Source of the DNA: an uncultured Candidatus Saccharibacteria bacterium
GTDB lineage: Bacteria > Patescibacteriota > Saccharimonadia > Saccharimonadales > UBA10212
Assembly (NCBI GenBank): GCA_964567555.1
Contig: CAZMNA010000003.1
Location: 18,882-82,881 of the forward strand
Direction: 5' to 3'
DNA length: 64,000 nt
Part shown: piece after piece, positions 59,315 through 64,000 of the stretch
How the letters are laid out: every line of letters begins with the position of its first letter
Numbering within the stretch: the stretch's first letter is position 1
Made by a program: the position numbers and the translations under genes
The notes under the pieces: model-generated
What the model was told of the DNA's origin: nothing
Seen by the model: only the letters and a program-made list of their open reading frames with translations
Database searches by the model: none

Positions 59315-60040
59315 ATGGAAGTTTTCTTATTCGCCCTCGCCGCTTCAATTGCTGCGCTGGCCGGCGGCTATACGGCTTTACGTAGCCGCAAGTGGTTAAA
59401 CCGGACATTAGCCCTCACAGCTGGGCTGGTTTTGGGTCTAGTGATGTTCGATCTGTTGCCTGAAATATTTAACATTGTGAAAAGCGACAACCTAGACCCA
59501 ACCTATCCCATGATTGCCATGGCCAGCGGTTTTTTGCTCTTCCATTTGTTTGAGAGGTTTGTGCCGCTGCACGAATCAAGCGAGGAAGCTTACGAGACCC
59601 ACCAGCACCCGCGCCTAGGTACTGCCAGAGCGATTGCTTTAACAGGGCATAGTTTTATGGACGGGCTATCCATAGGTGTTGCATTTCAAGTCAGTTCGGC
59701 GGTTGGTTTAGCCGTATCTCTGGCTGTGGTGGGGCACCGTTTTGCCGATGGCTTTGATACCACGACCTTCATGGTTTTTCACAAAAATAAATTGAGCCAC
59801 ATCAAAAACTGGATGGCGCTGGTAGTTATCATGCCGGTAGTCGGTGGCCTGCTGAGCTTAACGTTTAATCTAAGCGAGAAAGTGCTTGGGATTTATCTTG
59901 GTTTTTTTGCTGGTTTCATCCTCTACATTGCAGCCAGCAATCTCTTGCCCCAAGCTCACTCTAAAAACTACCCCCGCTCTTATTTTGGTCTGACGCTAGC
60001 CGGCGTGGTTTTCCTATTTATCGTCACACGCTTTTCATAG
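59315..60040 (+). CDS. ZIP-family zinc transporter (ZupT-like)
   Basis: Eight TM helices, HSFMDGLSIG and HRFADG motifs. Confidence 0.8.
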   Translation: MEVFLFALAASIAALAGGYTALRSRKWLNRTLALTAGLVLGLVMFDLLPEIFNIVKSDNLDPTYPMIAMASGFLLFHLFERFVPLHESSEEAYETHQHPRLGTARAIALTGHSFMDGLSIGVAFQVSSAVGLAVSLAVVGHRFADGFDTTTFMVFHKNKLSHIKNWMALVVIMPVVGGLLSLTFNLSEKVLGIYLGFFAGFILYIAASNLLPQAHSKNYPRSYFGLTLAGVVFLFIVTRFS

Positions 60041-60056
60041 CCGGTACAATATAAGT

Positions 60057-61121
60057 ATGATTGTGGCGGTTATTATTTTGGCGGTGTTTTTCTTGGTCTC
60101 GGTGGCTGTGGTGGCATGGACGCTATCAAATAGACAGGCGCCCAAAGCCGATGCGGCCATGATGCTAAAAGCCGACATGCAAGAGCTAACCAAGGGCATG
60201 GGTGCACTGAAAGACAGTCTGCAAAAACAGTTGAGCGAACAGCTCGGCACATCTAATAAACAAATGCAGGCCCAGTTTGCGGCCAGCGCCAAAATTATTG
60301 CCGATGTTACACAAAAGCTGACCGAGCTAGACCGCACTAACAAAAGCGTGGGTGATGTCGCTAATGAGCTCAAAACCCTGCAAAACGTCTTGCAGAACCC
60401 CAAACAGCGGGGGGTATTGGGTGAATACTACCTGGATCAAATTCTTAAAAACCTTTTACCACCCGGCAGCTACGTCCTGCAGTACAAAATGGGACTGGCA
60501 ATGACCGTTGACGCCGTCATTAAGCTGGATGATAAACTTTTACCAATTGACTCCAAATTTTCCCTCGAAAACTACAACCGGCTGATTGACGCCAAAGAAG
60601 CCGAACGTCCAGCGCTGGAGCGGGCCTTCAAAGAAGATCTCAAACGTCGCATTGACGAAACAGCCAAGTATATCCAGCCCAGCAAGGGTACGCTTGACCA
60701 GGCGCTAATGTTTATCCCCAGCGAAGCGATTTACTATGACTTGTTAGCCAATAAAGTTGGTGCCGCTGGTGTGAGCGGACGTAACTTAATGCAATACGCG
60801 GCCAAAGATAAACGGGTCACCATTGTTGGCCCCAGCACCCTATCTGCCATGTTGCAGGTCATCGTGCAGGGCCTGCGCTCTATGGAAATCCAAAAAGACA
60901 CCGAAAAAATTAGGAAAAACATAGAGCAACTGTCTCGCCATCTAATTTCCCACAATGGTTATATGCAAAAACTCGGAAGCTCGCTGGGTACAACTGTGGG
61001 GCATTTCAACACCACCTACAAAGAGCTGGGCAAGATAGATAAAGACATTGTTAAGATTGCCGACACCGACTCGGTTGTTGAGCCGGTACTTCTGGAACGC
61101 CCGAGCTTGGACGAAGATTAA
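60057..61121 (+). CDS. rmuC: DNA recombination protein RmuC
   Basis: N-terminal TM, long coiled coil and RmuC C-terminal domain. Confidence 0.75.
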   Translation: MIVAVIILAVFFLVSVAVVAWTLSNRQAPKADAAMMLKADMQELTKGMGALKDSLQKQLSEQLGTSNKQMQAQFAASAKIIADVTQKLTELDRTNKSVGDVANELKTLQNVLQNPKQRGVLGEYYLDQILKNLLPPGSYVLQYKMGLAMTVDAVIKLDDKLLPIDSKFSLENYNRLIDAKEAERPALERAFKEDLKRRIDETAKYIQPSKGTLDQALMFIPSEAIYYDLLANKVGAAGVSGRNLMQYAAKDKRVTIVGPSTLSAMLQVIVQGLRSMEIQKDTEKIRKNIEQLSRHLISHNGYMQKLGSSLGTTVGHFNTTYKELGKIDKDIVKIADTDSVVEPVLLERPSLDED

Positions 61122-62440
61122 GTTTTTAAAAGGTCAATCGTCAGGGCTGCGGACCAGGAAAAGGTATCTGCGCCCAGCCCTTTGGCCGTATGGGGGTTGT
61201 AATACTCGCAGAAGCCGTTTTTTTCTACCATGCGCAGGGTTTTGGACTTTAGCTCATCGGTCTCCTCCAGGTAGCCATAATTTTTTAGGCCCTCAATGAT
61301 GAGCCAGTTGGTGTTTACCCAAGTCGGTCCCTGCCAGTAGCGGTCTGGGTTAAAATAGGCCGAGGTTTGCGGCGCGCTGGGTACCGGCCAATTGAGCTTG
61401 TATGCACGGTGTTTGCCAAGGAGCTGGACGAGTGTTTCGGCGCGCTCTTTGGAAACCGTACCAGCATAAAGCGGCATGAAAGTTTCTATTGACGGTTCGG
61501 CGATGAGTTCGCCGGAAGCATAACTACGGCAAAAATACTGGCCAGACTCCTCGTCCCACAAAAGATTGAGGGCTTTTTTGGTCAGCTCGGCTTTAGCAGT
61601 CAAGGCAGCCGGCAGTTTGACTCCGGCGGTCTTGGCTATATCTGCCAGCCTCTCGTTGGCTTTAATGAGGATGCAGTTATAGAGCAAGTCCTGTACTGCC
61701 ATATCCGGTTTTTGTAGAATTTTGGCCGAATCGTAAGACTTTTTTCGCAGGCGCCTCATGGCGACAAATAAGCTCAGCGCTTCTATATTTGTCATGCGCT
61801 GTCCTGGGCGGGTGTTACGAGTGTCGCGCCGGACCAAATCAACGATAAGGTCCAAGCGCAATTTATCTATAAGCTTGACCCACCATGGGATGCCATGGTG
61901 ATGTAGCTCGTCCATCCAGGGTGGTGCGTTATCAAGGCCCGCTTCATATGGATGCACAAGGGTAACCAGGCCCTCGTTTTTTGGGTCGCGTTCTTCATAC
62001 AACCATTCGTGGAAGTGAATAATGGCAGGCAGCATTTTATTAAACCAGCTGCGGCGCTCGGGCATTGGCAGTTTTTGGCCGACCCGCCAGACGGCCTCGG
62101 CCAGCATTGGCGGCTGAGTTATGCCGCTTGTTCCAACGTCAGGAGGGGAAAACGGACTCATAAAACTGTCCCACAGTAGTTCATCAAGACCGGCGCTGCC
62201 CGGCTTTCCAAAAACCATGTCCGGCAACATGCCGTTGCTCCATTGACCGCTCGTAAGACTTTCCAGCTCAGTTTGGGCGCGGCCTACGTCAAGGTGCCTC
62301 AAACCAATAGCTATAAAACAACTGTCCCACAACCATTGGTGCGGGTACAAATCACCGGCCGGGACTGTATATGAACCACGGTCATTTTGATCCAGGACTT
62401 TTTGAGCGCTCGCCAAAAGTTTTTGTTCATCCATCACCAA
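61118..62440 (-). CDS. GH63-like glycoside hydrolase (mannosyl/glucosyl-glycerate hydrolase-like)
   Basis: YPHQWLWDSCF (alpha/alpha)6-barrel signature and overall length. Confidence 0.55.
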   Translation of the reverse strand: MVMDEQKLLASAQKVLDQNDRGSYTVPAGDLYPHQWLWDSCFIAIGLRHLDVGRAQTELESLTSGQWSNGMLPDMVFGKPGSAGLDELLWDSFMSPFSPPDVGTSGITQPPMLAEAVWRVGQKLPMPERRSWFNKMLPAIIHFHEWLYEERDPKNEGLVTLVHPYEAGLDNAPPWMDELHHHGIPWWVKLIDKLRLDLIVDLVRRDTRNTRPGQRMTNIEALSLFVAMRRLRKKSYDSAKILQKPDMAVQDLLYNCILIKANERLADIAKTAGVKLPAALTAKAELTKKALNLLWDEESGQYFCRSYASGELIAEPSIETFMPLYAGTVSKERAETLVQLLGKHRAYKLNWPVPSAPQTSAYFNPDRYWQGPTWVNTNWLIIEGLKNYGYLEETDELKSKTLRMVEKNGFCEYYNPHTAKGLGADTFSWSAALTIDLLKT

Positions 62441-62539
62441 CCAGTATAGCGGAGCAAAGGATGATGGCTCATTTCACTTTAGCGGAATTTACAACAGTAG
62501 TATTAAAACGCAAGAAGTTAATGTACTCTTGTACTTAAT

Positions 62540-63580
62540 ATGGATTATAAGTCCGACGTTATTAATAAAACTGCTAAAACCTTGCGCGAGAGGCTAGCCA
62601 AGACTGAGGATAAAAAATCTATCCTGCGCGCCCCGGAACTCGGCGCACTTTACGAACACCTGAAAACTCTGACGGCCGGCAAACTACGGGCAGACTTTGG
62701 CAAAGAAATCAATGCTTTGAAGACTGAACTGGAAAAGCTGGTGAGCGAATCCGCCATGCCAGCCGAAACGCGCGAGCCGATCGATGTTACCGCACCGTTT
62801 GGTATAAATACTCCGTTGAATAAGCGACCGGGTTTGTTGCCAGCCGAATCCGGCAGTAAGCACCCGGTGATGGCCGAGCTGGAAAAAATCTTAGATATTT
62901 TTGGGCGCATGGGCTTTAGCGCCGTGGAATCACCGGAGTTGGACGATGATTGGCACATGTTTACTAGTCTTAACTTTCCGCCGGACCATCCTGCCCGCGC
63001 GGATTACGACACCTTTACCACAACCGAAGGGCTGGTAGCACCTGCTCATACTTCTACCATGCAAAACCGTGTTCTGTCAGCTGGCCGCGAGGATTTAGCG
63101 GCCGGGCGGCCGATTGCCGTCGTTATCCCCGGCCGCGTCTTCCGCAACGAAGACTTAGATTCCCGGCACGAGCACACTTTCTACCAGCTAGAGGGCGTGT
63201 ATGTGGACCGCGGTGTTAACGCTGGCAACTTAATAGCTACCCTTAAGGCCTTTTTGGAAGAGTACTTTGGCCAGAGCCTAGAAGTTAAAACTCAACCATT
63301 CTATTTCCCGTTTACTGAGCCGAGCTTTGAGTTTACCCTAAGCTGCCCGTTTTGTGGGAAGGCTGGCTGTAATATATGCTCCCAGACTGGTTGGATAGAG
63401 CTTTTAGGTTGCGGCATGATACACCCCAACGTATTAAAGATGGCCAAAATAGATGGCGGCGAATATTCCGGCTTTGCCTGGGGTATGGGCATAGACCGGC
63501 TGGTGATGATGAAATACGGCATTGAAGACGTCCGTCATTTTGAATCCGGCAACTTAAAATTCTTGAGGCAATTCGCATGA
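62540..63580 (+). CDS. pheS: phenylalanyl-tRNA synthetase alpha subunit
   Basis: Class II motifs: FRNE, FYQLEGV, FPFTEPS and GWIELLGCGMIHPNVL. Confidence 0.9.
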   Translation: MDYKSDVINKTAKTLRERLAKTEDKKSILRAPELGALYEHLKTLTAGKLRADFGKEINALKTELEKLVSESAMPAETREPIDVTAPFGINTPLNKRPGLLPAESGSKHPVMAELEKILDIFGRMGFSAVESPELDDDWHMFTSLNFPPDHPARADYDTFTTTEGLVAPAHTSTMQNRVLSAGREDLAAGRPIAVVIPGRVFRNEDLDSRHEHTFYQLEGVYVDRGVNAGNLIATLKAFLEEYFGQSLEVKTQPFYFPFTEPSFEFTLSCPFCGKAGCNICSQTGWIELLGCGMIHPNVLKMAKIDGGEYSGFAWGMGIDRLVMMKYGIEDVRHFESGNLKFLRQFA

Positions 63581-64000
63581 AATATGACCTTTTTGTAGCC
63601 GGCCGCTGGCGTAATTTTAAGAACATTCGACCAATCGCGAGCGCGCTACGCCAACACGGTAAGAACGTCTATTGTTTCATTGAAAATGAATACAACGGTC
63701 ACGGGGTAAAAAACGTGCTTGAGCCAACCAATATTCACGCCGATATGCTAAAACAAGAGCGCATGAAAAACTGGCGTTCTAATCCGACATACAGGAAAAT
63801 CTTCGACACTGACATGCAAGCGCTGCGGAACTCCAAGGCTATCTTGGTCGTATTCCCGATTGGCTTTTCGGCCCATACAGAACTTGGAGCAGCTTGGGGA
63901 ATGGGCAAGAAGTGCTACGGTATCGGCACTCCCGAGAAAGCAGAGACAGTGTACTTTACCTTTACAGAAATTTTTCCGACGGTAGACGACTTTATAAACT
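63578..64000 (+). CDS. nucleoside 2-deoxyribosyltransferase-like protein (3' end beyond window)
   Basis: MKYDLFVAGRWRN..VYCFIEN..LVVFPIG resembles the NDT/YtoQ-like fold. Overlaps the pheS stop as ATGA. Confidence 0.45.

Noticed and set aside
62441-62539. Possible T-box leader upstream of pheS
   Set aside because: Only ~100 nt of leader, with no specifier-loop or T-box consensus (AATTAGGGTGGNACCGCG) visible.

Overview
The window reads as a compact, Gram-positive-type bacterial chromosome segment. Supporting traits are LPXTG sortase substrates, a TatA/C pair, an F-type ATPase operon, NDH-2, no outer-membrane genes, the standard genetic code and ~50% GC. A CPR/Saccharibacteria-like origin is only a guess from gene content. 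Conserved housekeeping genes bracket the window: leuS (3' part), rpmF, nusB, rnc, rpsP, trmD, sodA, then tRNA-Gln, and further on the atpCDGAHFEB operon, two ABC-2 exporter pairs, tatAC, rarA, a DEAD-box helicase, SAM-riboswitch-controlled metK, rmuC and pheS.

Between tRNA-Gln (8.5 kb) and atpC (24.7 kb) lies a ~16 kb accessory island of patchwork GC (about 40-65%). It carries a diversity-generating-retroelement (DGR)-type reverse transcriptase (IGNLTSQ motif) that directly abuts a divergent, apparently frameshifted four-helix-bundle Avd gene. It also carries two paralogous ~160-aa PLD/HKD nuclease-like genes, a second paralogous pair of ~200-aa hypotheticals, a Crp/Fnr regulator, an ATP-grasp enzyme, an RRM protein and an LPXTG surface protein. 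I could not find a TR/VR pair by eye.

Other notable regions:
- A four-copy same-orientation ~35-50 bp palindrome-containing repeat punctuates a cassette-like run of small ORFs at 45.4-48.2 kb.
- Two paralogous ~100-nt candidate sRNA units, each with a near-consensus sigma70 promoter and an intrinsic terminator, lie at 51.6-52.3 kb.
- A flavin-transfer cluster (secreted FMN-binding protein, ApbE, an RnfD/NqrB-like-FNR fusion, NDH-2) sits at 52.4-57.3 kb.
- A Csc/WxL-like surface-protein cluster with tandem paralogs lies at 33-36 kb, followed by a Gly-rich protein carrying Listeria-Bacteroides repeats.

No CRISPR array, transposase or integrase was recognised.
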